58,470 nucleotides of DNA from Gemmatimonadales bacterium (GTDB lineage: Bacteria > Gemmatimonadota > Gemmatimonadetes > Gemmatimonadales > GWC2-71-9), in the NCBI GenBank assembly GCA_041613315.1, contig JBFJHJ010000019.1, positions 1 to 58,470 on the forward strand, read 5' to 3'. The notes under the pieces were generated by a model. It ran no database searches. It was not told the DNA's origin and saw nothing but the letters and a program-made list of their open reading frames with translations. Position numbers and translations under genes: made by a program. Shown one piece after another: positions 44,951-54,597 of this stretch (positions are counted from its first letter, which is position 1; every line of letters begins with the position of its first letter).

Positions 44951-46828
44951 CTACCGCCTTCCGCCGAACCCCAGCGGATTGGTCGCCCCGGGCGGGAGCC
45001 CGGGTTGGTCGGCCGCTTCCCGCTCCAGCCGCGCCAAGTCGCTGCGCCGATCCACCACGTTGGCCCGCTCACGCAGCGATGCCATGATGGCGTTGACCCG
45101 GGCCTGCCGCGCCTGCTGTAACACCTGTTGGCGAAACGCCTCGAGGTCGGCCACGAACGCCGCGCTGTCGGCCGGCACCTGGGCGATCGGCTCGACAAAG
45201 AAGATCGCCCGCTCCCCTTCGTAGGGACCTCCGGCCGTACCGACGGGGAGCCCGAAGGCCGCCCCGATGGCCTGCGGGGCGTCCTGCAGCACGGGCTGGA
45301 GCGGCACACGGGCGAATGGGCCGATCGTTCGCCCCTGCTGGCCTTCCGCCCGGGCGGCGTCGGCGAGACTCCTGCCGCGCCTCAGGTGGTCGGCAATCCG
45401 TGCGGCGCGTTCCCGGGTCAGCTCCCACCTGCGGGCGCGGCTCGCCGCCGCTACGACCTCGTCGCGGATGGCGCTGAGGGGCGGGACGGTCGCGGGCGCG
45501 ATGCTGTCGAGCCGGAAGACGTAGTAGGCCCACGGGGCTTCGATCACGGGTGAGGTCTCCCCCGGCAGCGACTCGAACGCCCACAGGCCGACGTCCGGCA
45601 CCGGGCGCGTCCCGAGCCGCAGCTGATCCCCCTGAAACAAGGCCGCCCGGTCGATCGGCAGCCGCATCCGGGCGGCCACCGTGTCGAGCGCCGAGGGCAC
45701 GGTCTGTTCGGCCGCCAGGATGTCCAGCGAGTCGGCCCGGGCGTCTACTTCCTCGAGGTGTGGCGCGCCGAGGCGGATGGGGATGAGGATGTGCCGGGGG
45801 TGATAGCCGTCGGCGCTCTTCGACTCGAGCTTGATGAGGTGATAGCCGAATTGGGTGAGCACCGGATCGGACAGCTGTCCGGGGCGCAGCGCCAGCGCCG
45901 CGTCCTCGAACGCGGGCACGAAGTCGCCCCGGCGCGCCGGGCCCAGGTCGCCGCCGTTCGGTCGCGTGACCGAGTCACCCGATTCGCGCTGCGCCACCTC
46001 GGCGAAATCGGCGCCGCGCCGCAGCTCCTGCCGGATCGCCTCGACCCGCTCACGCGCTGCGGCCGAATCGGCCGCGTTGGGCACGCGGGAGAGCGAGACG
46101 AAGCTGAGGAATACCCGCTGCGGTCGGCGGAACGCGTCCTGGTTGGCGCGATAATACGCGGCCACCTCCTGATCGCTGAGCCTCACCGAGTCGTCGGGCA
46201 CCACGACGGCGGGGACCAGCGTCACCACGCGGGCGGTCACCGAGTCGGCGCGGTCGCGGTAGATCCGCCACAGCTCGGCGTCGGAGACGTAGACCTCGGC
46301 CGTCACGCGTTCGAGGAAGCGGAACCGGGGAAGCTCCTCGCGGTAGCGGGCCTCGAGCGCGAACACGAGTTGGGGATCGGCGCCGGAGCGGAGATAGCGT
46401 TGATACTTCGCGAGGTCGAACCGGCCCTCGGTCTGGAACTCGGGTACCTGCGTGATCTCGGGCGGCGGCGCGTTGAGCATCGCGTCGCTCACCTCGTCGT
46501 CCGTCACGCGGATCCGGCGCCGCTTGTACTCCTCCTGGAGGAGCATCTCTTGCACGAGCTGCTCGAGCACGGCGTCCTCGAGCTGACGCTGCTCGTCCAG
46601 CGACAGGGCGGGGCCGCCCGCCTGCCGCTGCTGTTCCTGGGCCCGCTGCACAGCGGCGTAGAAGCGCTGCCGGTCGATCTTCTGGCCGTTGACACGCGCG
46701 ATTTCGTCGGCGAACTGGCTGCCCTGGCCCGAGATGTCCATCCCGAACTCGAACACCATCCAGGCGACGAACGACACGGCCACGATCAGCATGATCCAAG
46801 GCGCGATGCCGCGCATGGTGCGCATCAT
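44951..46828 (-). CDS. SurA/PpiD-like periplasmic chaperone with parvulin PPIase domain
   Basis: N-terminal TM, IARVNGQKI, FQTEGRFD...Y, DFAEVAQRES, GGDLG, FVPAFEDAA, TQFGYHLIK. Confidence 0.88.
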   Translation of the reverse strand: MMRTMRGIAPWIMLIVAVSFVAWMVFEFGMDISGQGSQFADEIARVNGQKIDRQRFYAAVQRAQEQQRQAGGPALSLDEQRQLEDAVLEQLVQEMLLQEEYKRRRIRVTDDEVSDAMLNAPPPEITQVPEFQTEGRFDLAKYQRYLRSGADPQLVFALEARYREELPRFRFLERVTAEVYVSDAELWRIYRDRADSVTARVVTLVPAVVVPDDSVRLSDQEVAAYYRANQDAFRRPQRVFLSFVSLSRVPNAADSAAARERVEAIRQELRRGADFAEVAQRESGDSVTRPNGGDLGPARRGDFVPAFEDAALALRPGQLSDPVLTQFGYHLIKLESKSADGYHPRHILIPIRLGAPHLEEVDARADSLDILAAEQTVPSALDTVAARMRLPIDRAALFQGDQLRLGTRPVPDVGLWAFESLPGETSPVIEAPWAYYVFRLDSIAPATVPPLSAIRDEVVAAASRARRWELTRERAARIADHLRRGRSLADAARAEGQQGRTIGPFARVPLQPVLQDAPQAIGAAFGLPVGTAGGPYEGERAIFFVEPIAQVPADSAAFVADLEAFRQQVLQQARQARVNAIMASLRERANVVDRRSDLARLEREAADQPGLPPGATNPLGFGGRR

Positions 46829-46926
46829 AGATCTGCGTTCCTCACGGGCGGGATTCCTGTCCGGTCGAGGCCGCTAAGTCTAAGCGTGACAAGGCGGAAT
46901 CTCAAGTCGGTAGCGGCTGCAATCTG

Positions 46927-46956
46927 TTGACAGGCGTCATTCTGGCACACTACTTT
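46927..46956 (+). promoter_or_regulatory. Sigma70-type promoter in the divergent intergenic region
   Basis: TTGACA (46927-32), 18 bp, TACTTT (46951-56). Confidence 0.6.
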
Positions 46957-46993
46957 CGTGACGCTCACAGCCTCGTCCTCTCGTCACCGCCTT

Positions 46994-48769
46994 ATGGCTT
47001 ACCAGAGCGAAATCGAGAAGCTCGAGCAGCGTTTCCGGGAGAAGCCGGAACAGTGGTTCGCGGCCCTGGCGGACGCCTACCGCAAGGCTGGCGACCTCGA
47101 GCTCGCGCTCGATCTGGTGCGAACCTGGGCCGAGAAGCGGCCGAACTACTCGAGCGGGCTGATCGTCCTGGGCCGCTGCTTGGTGGATCGCAAAGACGAC
47201 GCCGAAGCGGCTGAGGCGTTCGAGCGGGTGCTGGCGATCGACGCCGAGAACATCATCGCCCTCAAGTCGTTGAGTGACATAGCGATACGCCGCAGTGACC
47301 CCGGCACCGCTCGTCACTGGCTCCAGCGCCTCATGGAAGTGGACCCCATGAACGACGAGGCGCGAGCGACCCTCGAGGAGCTGGCGCTCCTACCGGCGTC
47401 CTCTGCCCCAGCTGCCCCCGCCCCCTCTCGCGCGGCCCCGCCCTCGGCACAACCGGGCGAGGAGAAGGCAGAGGCGGAGGACGATCCTGACGACGTGCTG
47501 GGTGGGATTGCGATCGAACGGCCTGGGCAGGAGGCCAGGGAGTCGGCACCCGCGATGCCGCCGGAGGAGTTCGAGCTGGAAAAGTCCGACGCCGCGGACC
47601 TGCCCGAGACCGGGATCGCCAGCGAGGCCGCCGCACTCGCCGCGATGGAGCCAGGGGTCGGGGGCGCCGGCGCGCGTAAAGCGGGCGAGGGGGACGCCGG
47701 CGAGCCGGCCGAGGCGGGGGGCGAGGGAGGCGACGAGGTGATCGGCGGGGAGCTCGAGTTCATGGCGTTCGACGAGCGGCTGGACTGGGACGCCGGGGAG
47801 ACCATGTCCCATCAGATCACCGAGGAAGTGTTGGACCAGATCGCCGACGTCCACGAAAAGACCCTCGACCCGCCGGTGCATGCGCTGCCCGGGCTCGAGA
47901 CGACGGAGGTGCCGGATATCGGTCGGCGCGCCGATGAGGACGTGGCGGCCGAAGCGCCTCCCGAGCCGGAGGAGGAGGCTGCGGCGCCCGAGCCCGAGGA
48001 GGAGGCGGCAGAGCCCGAGCCGGTGAGCGCTGCGGCGCCCGAGCCGGAGGAGCCGGAGGTCGAGCTTCCGCTCATCCTGCCCGAGGAGCTCGGTGCGGCG
48101 ACCGACGCCGCCGAGCCCGAAGTGGACCCGGTCGTCACCGAGACGATGGCACAGCTCTATGCCAGGCAGGGTCACTATGCCGAGGCGGGCGACATCTATC
48201 GCCAGCTCGCGGAGCGGCGGCCCGACGATCCGGCGCTCGTGCGGCGCGCTGCCGAGATGGAGGCGGCGGCTCGCTCGTCGGGCGAGCACCGTGCCCCGGC
48301 GCGCGCCAAGCGGTCGTCGCTCGGGGTCACGCGGGGCGAATCGGCGCGGGCCTTGCTGCGCGGCATCTTGTCCGCTCGGCCGTCGGGAGACACGGCAGCG
48401 ACGCGGCGGGCGACGCCCGCGCCGGCACCTCCACCTTCCGGAGGAGCAGGACTGCTGGACGACATCTTCGCCGATGACGCGGCGGGCGCGGTACCGGGTG
48501 GTGAGCCGGCGCGAGAGGCCGAGGAGGAGCTGTCGTTGGAGTCGGTCTTTGGGGACGACGAAGGGGATCTCGATGCCCCCAGCGCCCACCGCGACGTAGA
48601 CGTCCCGCCGCGGTCCTCGGGGCGCACGGGGGGCCCGCCGGAGGCGGCGTTCTCGTTCGATCAGTTCTTCGGCGCGGCGGAGGAATCCGCGGGTGGTGCG
48701 GAGGGCGGGCAGGGGGGCGGTGAGGACGAGGACGATTTCAAAGACTGGCTCAAGGGCCTCAAGTCCTAG
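46994..48769 (+). CDS. TPR protein with long acidic, Pro-rich regions
   Basis: N-terminal TPRs (FAALADAYRKAG), VVTETMAQLYARQG TPR, C-terminal FKDWLKGLKS. Confidence 0.75.
   Translation: MAYQSEIEKLEQRFREKPEQWFAALADAYRKAGDLELALDLVRTWAEKRPNYSSGLIVLGRCLVDRKDDAEAAEAFERVLAIDAENIIALKSLSDIAIRRSDPGTARHWLQRLMEVDPMNDEARATLEELALLPASSAPAAPAPSRAAPPSAQPGEEKAEAEDDPDDVLGGIAIERPGQEARESAPAMPPEEFELEKSDAADLPETGIASEAAALAAMEPGVGGAGARKAGEGDAGEPAEAGGEGGDEVIGGELEFMAFDERLDWDAGETMSHQITEEVLDQIADVHEKTLDPPVHALPGLETTEVPDIGRRADEDVAAEAPPEPEEEAAAPEPEEEAAEPEPVSAAAPEPEEPEVELPLILPEELGAATDAAEPEVDPVVTETMAQLYARQGHYAEAGDIYRQLAERRPDDPALVRRAAEMEAAARSSGEHRAPARAKRSSLGVTRGESARALLRGILSARPSGDTAATRRATPAPAPPPSGGAGLLDDIFADDAAGAVPGGEPAREAEEELSLESVFGDDEGDLDAPSAHRDVDVPPRSSGRTGGPPEAAFSFDQFFGAAEESAGGAEGGQGGGEDEDDFKDWLKGLKS
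47960..48058 (+). repeat. In-frame ~27-bp tandem repeat encoding PEPEEEAAA-like units
   Basis: CCCGAGCCGGAGGAGGAGGCTGCGGCG followed by three diverged copies. Confidence 0.65.
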
Positions 48770-49213
48770 GTGCGCGTCGCCGTCCTCAACGGGCCCAACC
48801 TGAACCTCCTCGGGACCCGCGAGCCGTCGGTGTACGGTACCGCGTCGCTCGCGGATGTCGAGCGCTCGGTGCGGGAGCGGGCGCGGACCCATGGCGTCGA
48901 GCTCGACTGGCATCAGACGAACCACGAGGGCGAGTTCGTGGAGCTGGTCCAGGCGCTCGCCGGCCGGGTTGACGGGGCGCTGGTGAACGCCGCGGCGCTG
49001 ACCCATACCTCGCTCGCGGTGCGAGATGCGTTGCTCGCGGTGCGGGTCCCGTTCATCGAAGTGCACCTCAGCAACATCTACGCTCGGGAACCCGAGCGGC
49101 GCCGGTCCCTCATCGCGGACGTGGCGGTAGGCGTCGTCGTCGGCTTCGGCGGCCTCAGCTACGTCCTGGGGCTGGATGCCCTGGTCGCGCACCTGACGCG
49201 TGAGCGCGCCTGA
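48770..49213 (+). CDS. aroQ: Type II 3-dehydroquinate dehydratase
   Basis: LNGPNLNLLGTREP..YG, QTNHEG, THTS, EVHLSNIYARE. Confidence 0.95.
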   Translation: MRVAVLNGPNLNLLGTREPSVYGTASLADVERSVRERARTHGVELDWHQTNHEGEFVELVQALAGRVDGALVNAAALTHTSLAVRDALLAVRVPFIEVHLSNIYAREPERRRSLIADVAVGVVVGFGGLSYVLGLDALVAHLTRERA

Positions 49214-50297
49214 CCGCCGCGCCGCGCGCCGAGCGGCGCTCGTCGCGGCGCTCGCGGCGGAGGGGTTGGACGGGCTCGTCGTGACCCACCTGCCGAACGT
49301 CCGTTACCTGACGGGGTTCACCGGGACGGCGGGCGTGGCTGTGGTGCTGCGCGACGAGACGATCTTCCTGTCCGACTTCCGCTATCGCACGCAGGCGGAG
49401 AGCGAGGTGGCGGCGCTCGCCCGGGTGGAAATCGCGCCGGACGATGTGTGGGGACGCCTCTGGCAAGTCCTGGCGGAGTATCCTGGGATCGAGACGATCG
49501 GCTACGAGGCGCAGGCGGTCACCGTGCGGGACGCGGGCCGGTTCGCCCGCGCCGACCCGCCGCTGCGCTTTCGTTCGGTCGCGGACGTCGTCGAGCGGCT
49601 TCGCGTGCGGAAGGACGCCGAGGAGGTGGAGGCGATCCGGCGGGCCGCGGCGCTGGCCCAGGACGCGCTCGCCCAGACGCTGGGCACGGTGCGCGCCGGG
49701 CAGCGTGAGCTCGACGTGGCGGCGCGGCTCGAACACGAGCTACGCTGCCGCGGGAGCGAATGGCATCCGTTCCGCACGATTGTCGCGTCGGGACCCCGGA
49801 CGGCGCTCCCACACGCCCGCACAGGGACGCGCGTACTCGAGCCGGGGGACTGGCTGCTCCTTGACTTTGGGGCGGAACTGGATGGATACTGCGCGGATAT
49901 CACTCGCACCGTGGTCGTGGGGCGCCGGGCCGACGAGCGCCAGCGGGCCGTGTATGAGCTTGTGCGCGATGCGCAGCTCGCGGCGCGGCGGTCGGTTCGC
50001 GCGTGCATGACCGGGCGTGACGCCGACGCGAGTGCACGCCACGTGATCGACGCCCGCGGCTTCGGGGACGCGTTTGGGCATTCCCTCGGTCACGGACTTG
50101 GCTTGGAGGTGCACGAGGCGCCGCGGTTGAGCCGCACGAATACCGACCCGCTGCCAGAGGGCGCCGTGGTCACGCTCGAACCGGGTGTCTACCTGCCGGG
50201 GTGGGGTGGGGTGCGGATCGAAGACGACGTGTGCCTGCGGACCGACAGTGCGGAGTTGCTGTCGGATGGGCGGACGGAACTCCTGGAGTTGACGTAA
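49200..50297 (+). CDS. Xaa-Pro aminopeptidase (M24 family)
   Basis: NVRYLTGF, DFGA...GYCADITRT, HSLGHGLGLEVHE.P, EPGVY, GVRIEDD. Confidence 0.93.
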   Translation: MSAPDRRAARRAALVAALAAEGLDGLVVTHLPNVRYLTGFTGTAGVAVVLRDETIFLSDFRYRTQAESEVAALARVEIAPDDVWGRLWQVLAEYPGIETIGYEAQAVTVRDAGRFARADPPLRFRSVADVVERLRVRKDAEEVEAIRRAAALAQDALAQTLGTVRAGQRELDVAARLEHELRCRGSEWHPFRTIVASGPRTALPHARTGTRVLEPGDWLLLDFGAELDGYCADITRTVVVGRRADERQRAVYELVRDAQLAARRSVRACMTGRDADASARHVIDARGFGDAFGHSLGHGLGLEVHEAPRLSRTNTDPLPEGAVVTLEPGVYLPGWGGVRIEDDVCLRTDSAELLSDGRTELLELT

Positions 50298-50303
50298 GAG
50301 GGC

Positions 50304-50864
50304 ATGGCGACGACGGCGGACTTTCGCAACGGACTGGTGCTCGAGATCGATGGGCAGCTCTTTCAGATCGCCTATTTCCAGCATGTGAAGCCCGGGAAGG
50401 GCGGCGCGTTCGTGCGCAGCAAGCTGAAGAACGTGAAGACCGGTGCGGTGATCGACCGAACCTGGACCGCGGGCGAGCGGGTGAACGACGTTCGGCTGGA
50501 ACGGCGCCCCGTGCAGTACGCGTACCACGACGGGCATCTGTACCACTTCATGGACATGCAGAGCTTCGAGGACATCCCGATCAACGACGACGTGATCGGT
50601 CACGACCAGCTCAAGTACCTGAAGGAAGGGATGGAGTGCACGGGACTCGTGCATGACGGAACGGTGATCATGGTCGAGCTGCCGTACTTCATCGAGCTGG
50701 AGGTGGTGGAGACCGACCCCGGTGTCCGTGGTGACACGGCGCAGGGGGGCACGAAGCCGGCGAAGCTCGAGACGGGCGCCGTGGTCCAGGTGCCGCTCTT
50801 CGTCGAGCAGGGCCAGCGGATCCGCGTGGACCGGCGGGACGACAAGTACCTCGAGCGCGTATGA
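50304..50864 (+). CDS. efp: Elongation factor P
   Basis: HVKPGKGGAFVR, PGVRGDT, KPAKLETG, VPLFV. Confidence 0.97.
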   Translation: MATTADFRNGLVLEIDGQLFQIAYFQHVKPGKGGAFVRSKLKNVKTGAVIDRTWTAGERVNDVRLERRPVQYAYHDGHLYHFMDMQSFEDIPINDDVIGHDQLKYLKEGMECTGLVHDGTVIMVELPYFIELEVVETDPGVRGDTAQGGTKPAKLETGAVVQVPLFVEQGQRIRVDRRDDKYLERV

Positions 50865-51340
50865 TCGACCTCAAGTTTCTCGAGACGCTCCTGGAGCTCT
50901 TGAACTCCTCCAAGGCCGGCACCATCGAGGTGCGCAAGAACCTGTGGAGCACGACGATCCGGGTGTCGAAAGACGTGGGCTTTCGTGACAGCGGGCCGGT
51001 GGCGTACCACGTGGCCGCCGCTCCTGCCGCCGCTGCCCCTTTAGCCTCCGGGGCCGGGACGGCCGCAGCGGGAGAGGCGGGGACCCCGAAAACGCCGCTG
51101 GTCGAGATCAAGTCCCCCATGGTCGGGACGTTCTTCGCCCAGCCCGAGCCCGGTGCGGACCCGTACGTGCGCGTGGGCAGCCGCGTCGTGCCCGGCCAGC
51201 CGCTCTGTATCATCGAGGCGATGAAGATCATGAATCCCATCGACGCCGAGGTGTCCGGCGTGATCCGGGAGATCGCGGTGCAGGACGCCCAACCCGTGGA
51301 GTTCGGCCAGGTCCTGTTCCGGGTGGATCCTCATGGCTGA
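50861..51340 (+). CDS. accB: Acetyl-CoA carboxylase biotin carboxyl carrier protein
   Basis: IKSPMVGTF, CIIEAMKIMN biotinylation motif, PVEFGQ. Confidence 0.95.
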   Translation: MIDLKFLETLLELLNSSKAGTIEVRKNLWSTTIRVSKDVGFRDSGPVAYHVAAAPAAAAPLASGAGTAAAGEAGTPKTPLVEIKSPMVGTFFAQPEPGADPYVRVGSRVVPGQPLCIIEAMKIMNPIDAEVSGVIREIAVQDAQPVEFGQVLFRVDPHG

Positions 51341-52493
51341 TCCCAAGGCCGGCGCCCCGTTCAACTTCAAGGCCGCGATCACCGAGATGGTGAAGCATGG
51401 GGGGTCGGACCTGCACCTCAAGGTCGGCCGGCCCCCGACAGTCCGCGTGGCGGGCGAGCTGATCCAGCTCAAGCAGAGCCCGCTCAAGCCCGAGGAGCTC
51501 AAGTCGCTGGCGGAGCAGATCATGACGCCCCGCCAGGTGAAGGAGTTCGCCGAGCACAAGGAGTCGGACTTCGCGATCGGCGTGCCCGGCGTGGGCCGGT
51601 TTCGGACCAACGTGTTCCAGCAGCGGGGGACGCTCGCGTTCGTGTTCCGGGCGATCCCCTACGAAGTGAAGACGATGAAGGATCTCAACCTGCCCCCCGT
51701 CCTCGAAAAGATCTGCCTCAAGCCCCGCGGCCTCGTGCTGGTCACGGGCGTCACCGGCGCCGGCAAGTCCACGGCGCTCGCGGCGATGATCAACCACATC
51801 AATCAGCACCGCCGCTGCAACATCATCACGATCGAAGACCCGATCGAGTTCCTCCACCGGGACGGGATGGCGAACCTCTCCCAGCGGGAAGTGGGCGTGG
51901 ACACGGTGTCGTTCGAGTCGGCGTTGCGACACGTCCTCCGGCAGGACCCCGACGTGATCCTGATCGGAGAGATCCGTGACCGGATCACGTTGGACACGGC
52001 GATGAAAGCCGCCGACACCGGCCACCTCGTGTTCTCGACGCTGCACACCGTGGACGCGACGCAAACGATCAACCGGGTCATCTCGTTCTTCCCGCCGCAT
52101 GAGCACGACGCCGTCCGGAACCTCCTCTCCACGGCGCTGGAAGCGGTGGTGAGCCTGCGGTTGGTGCCGACGAAGGACAACCGGAACCGCGTGCCGGCGT
52201 GCGAGGTGCTCGTGAATACGGCCGCGGTGCGCGATCACCTGCGGGACCAGGAAAAGGCCCTGAGCGTGCCGGACCTCATCAAAGAGGGGACCGTGCAGTA
52301 CGGCATGCAGTCCTTCGACCAGTCGCTGATGCAGTGGTACCGCAAGGGGGCGATCAGCTACGAGAGCGCGCTGTTCTACTCCAGCAATCCGAGCGAGTTC
52401 GCATTGCGCCTGAGCGGCATCGAGGCCTCGTCCGACCGCACCTTCGCCGAAGAACTGATGGAAGGCGGCGGCCTCGAAGGACAGACGCCCTAG
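51333..52493 (+). CDS. pilT: PilT/PilU family type IV pilus retraction ATPase
   Basis: [16 protein letters not shown], Walker [49 protein letters not shown]. Confidence 0.9.
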   Translation: MADPKAGAPFNFKAAITEMVKHGGSDLHLKVGRPPTVRVAGELIQLKQSPLKPEELKSLAEQIMTPRQVKEFAEHKESDFAIGVPGVGRFRTNVFQQRGTLAFVFRAIPYEVKTMKDLNLPPVLEKICLKPRGLVLVTGVTGAGKSTALAAMINHINQHRRCNIITIEDPIEFLHRDGMANLSQREVGVDTVSFESALRHVLRQDPDVILIGEIRDRITLDTAMKAADTGHLVFSTLHTVDATQTINRVISFFPPHEHDAVRNLLSTALEAVVSLRLVPTKDNRNRVPACEVLVNTAAVRDHLRDQEKALSVPDLIKEGTVQYGMQSFDQSLMQWYRKGAISYESALFYSSNPSEFALRLSGIEASSDRTFAEELMEGGGLEGQTP

Positions 52494-52497
52494 CGGC

Positions 52498-53856
52498 ATG
52501 TTCAAGAAGGTCCTGATCGCGAACCGCGGGGAGATCGCCCTGCGGGTGATCCGGGCGTGTCGAGAACTCGGCATCGAGACGGTCGCCGTGTACAGCGAGG
52601 CCGACCGGGACTGCCTGCACGTGCGGTTCGCCGACGACGACGTGTGCATCGGCCCCCCACCGGGCCGCCTCTCCTACCTGCGGATCCCCAATCTCATCGC
52701 CGCGGCCGAGATCACGGGCGCCGACGCCATCCACCCGGGCTACGGCTTCCTCGCCGAGAGCGCCGAGTTCGCCGAGACGTGCGCGGCGTCGAACATCACG
52801 TTCATCGGGCCGACCCCGGAGCAAATCCGCCTGATGGGGGACAAAGCGGCCGCGCGCAAGCTGGCGCAGGAATTGAAGATCCCGGTCGTGCCCGGCTCGC
52901 CGGGGGCGATCGACGATCAGGACACGGCCCTGGAGATCGCCGGCGAGATCGGGTTTCCCGTGATTATCAAAGCGGCCGCTGGCGGCGGCGGCAAAGGGAT
53001 GCGCGTCGCCCGCGATGCCGAGGGCTTCACCCGCGCCTTCCAGCTCGCGCGCAACGAGTCGCTCGCCGCGTTCGGGTCGGCAGAAGTGTACGTCGAGAAG
53101 TACCTGGACCGGCCGCGCCACGTCGAGATCCAGATCATGGGCGATCGGCACGGCAAGGTGATGCACCTGTGCGAGCGGGACTGTTCGATTCAGCGGCGCC
53201 ACCAGAAGCTGATCGAGGAGGCACCGAGCCCGGCGCTCACGCACGAGCTGCGCACCGCCATGGGTGACGCGGCCGTGCGGGCGTCCGCACACATCGGGTA
53301 CGTCGGCGCCGGCACGGTGGAGTTCCTGCTAAATTCGGACGGCAGCTTCTACTTCATGGAGATGAACACCCGGATCCAGGTCGAGCACCCCGTCACCGAG
53401 ATGGTCACCAACTTCGACCTGGTCAAAGAGCAGATCCGCGTCGCGGCCGACGAGCCGCTGAGCTTCACCTTTCACGGCAATCGCCTGCGGGGCCATGCCA
53501 TCGAGTGCCGGGTGAACGCCGAAGACCCGTTTCGCAACTTCCAGCCGTCCCCGGGCACCATCACGGTGTTCCATCCGCCCGGCGGACCGGGCGTGCGCGT
53601 GGACACCCACATCTACGCGGGCTACACGGTGCCCCCGTACTACGATTCGCTCATCGCCAAGCTGATCGTGCACGGTAACTGCCGTGAGGAAGCGCTGGCC
53701 CGTCTGAGCCAGGCGCTGGACTCGTTCATCGTGGAGGGGGTCACCACGACCATTCCGTTCCTGCAGCGTGTCGTGCACCACGCGGCGTTCCAGTCCGGGA
53801 ACGTGGACACCAAGTTTCTCGAGCGCGAGACGGCGCTGTTCGCCGCCGAGTCATGA
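52498..53856 (+). CDS. accC: Acetyl-CoA carboxylase biotin carboxylase subunit
   Basis: [50 protein letters not shown]. Confidence 0.97.
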   Translation: MFKKVLIANRGEIALRVIRACRELGIETVAVYSEADRDCLHVRFADDDVCIGPPPGRLSYLRIPNLIAAAEITGADAIHPGYGFLAESAEFAETCAASNITFIGPTPEQIRLMGDKAAARKLAQELKIPVVPGSPGAIDDQDTALEIAGEIGFPVIIKAAAGGGGKGMRVARDAEGFTRAFQLARNESLAAFGSAEVYVEKYLDRPRHVEIQIMGDRHGKVMHLCERDCSIQRRHQKLIEEAPSPALTHELRTAMGDAAVRASAHIGYVGAGTVEFLLNSDGSFYFMEMNTRIQVEHPVTEMVTNFDLVKEQIRVAADEPLSFTFHGNRLRGHAIECRVNAEDPFRNFQPSPGTITVFHPPGGPGVRVDTHIYAGYTVPPYYDSLIAKLIVHGNCREEALARLSQALDSFIVEGVTTTIPFLQRVVHHAAFQSGNVDTKFLERETALFAAES

Positions 53857-54596
53857 AGCTCTCGATATATTTCACGCCGCTGGGCCTCGCCCCGGGCGAC
53901 ATCGCCGGCAAGCCGATCCTCGTGATCGACGTGCTGCGGACGACCACCACGATCGTGGCCGCCTTGGCGAACGGGGCGAAGGCCGTCATCCCGGCGCCAA
54001 GCGCCGAAGAGGTGTCGCGCCTCGCGCAGAACCTGGAACGCGGGTCGGTGGTGCTGGCCGGTGAGCGGCGGCTGGAGCGGATGGAGGGATTCGACGTCGG
54101 GAACTCGCCGCTCGAGATGACACGCGAGGCGGTGGAGGGGAAGACGATCGTCATGTCCACGACCAACGGGACCCCGGCCATCGTGGCGGCCGAAGCGGGC
54201 CGGCCCGTGGTCCTGGGGGCGGCGACCAACTTCACCGCCGCCGCCGAGCGCGCGCGGGCCGTGTTCGGCGCCGACGGCGAGATCGTGATCCTCTGCAGCG
54301 GGCGCAGCCGGATGTTCGCGATCGAAGACGCCTACGCCGCGGGGCGGTTCGCCCAGGCGTTGATCCCGGGTCGCCAGCGCCGCTCGGCGGACCTCAACGA
54401 TGCCGCGATCGCCGCGCTGGAGCTGGTGCGCCGCTACGGCGACAAGTGGAAGACCGCGATTGCGGCGAGTGCCGCGGCCCGCGAGCTCAAGAGACTGGGC
54501 TTCAAGAACGACGTCGCCGCCGCCGCAGAGGTGGACGCGCACGCCATCGTCCCGGTCTACGCCGGCCGGTTGGTCACCGTGCCCGACCGAGGATAG
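53853..54596 (+). CDS. 2-phosphosulfolactate phosphatase (ComB family)
   Basis: [33 protein letters not shown]. Confidence 0.88.
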   Translation: MKLSIYFTPLGLAPGDIAGKPILVIDVLRTTTTIVAALANGAKAVIPAPSAEEVSRLAQNLERGSVVLAGERRLERMEGFDVGNSPLEMTREAVEGKTIVMSTTNGTPAIVAAEAGRPVVLGAATNFTAAAERARAVFGADGEIVILCSGRSRMFAIEDAYAAGRFAQALIPGRQRRSADLNDAAIAALELVRRYGDKWKTAIAASAAARELKRLGFKNDVAAAAEVDAHAIVPVYAGRLVTVPDRG

Positions 54597-54597
54597 C

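Noticed and set aside
53853..54596. ComB homolog as evidence for coenzyme M synthesis
   Set aside because: ComB-family phosphatases are widespread in bacteria and no other com genes are present here.
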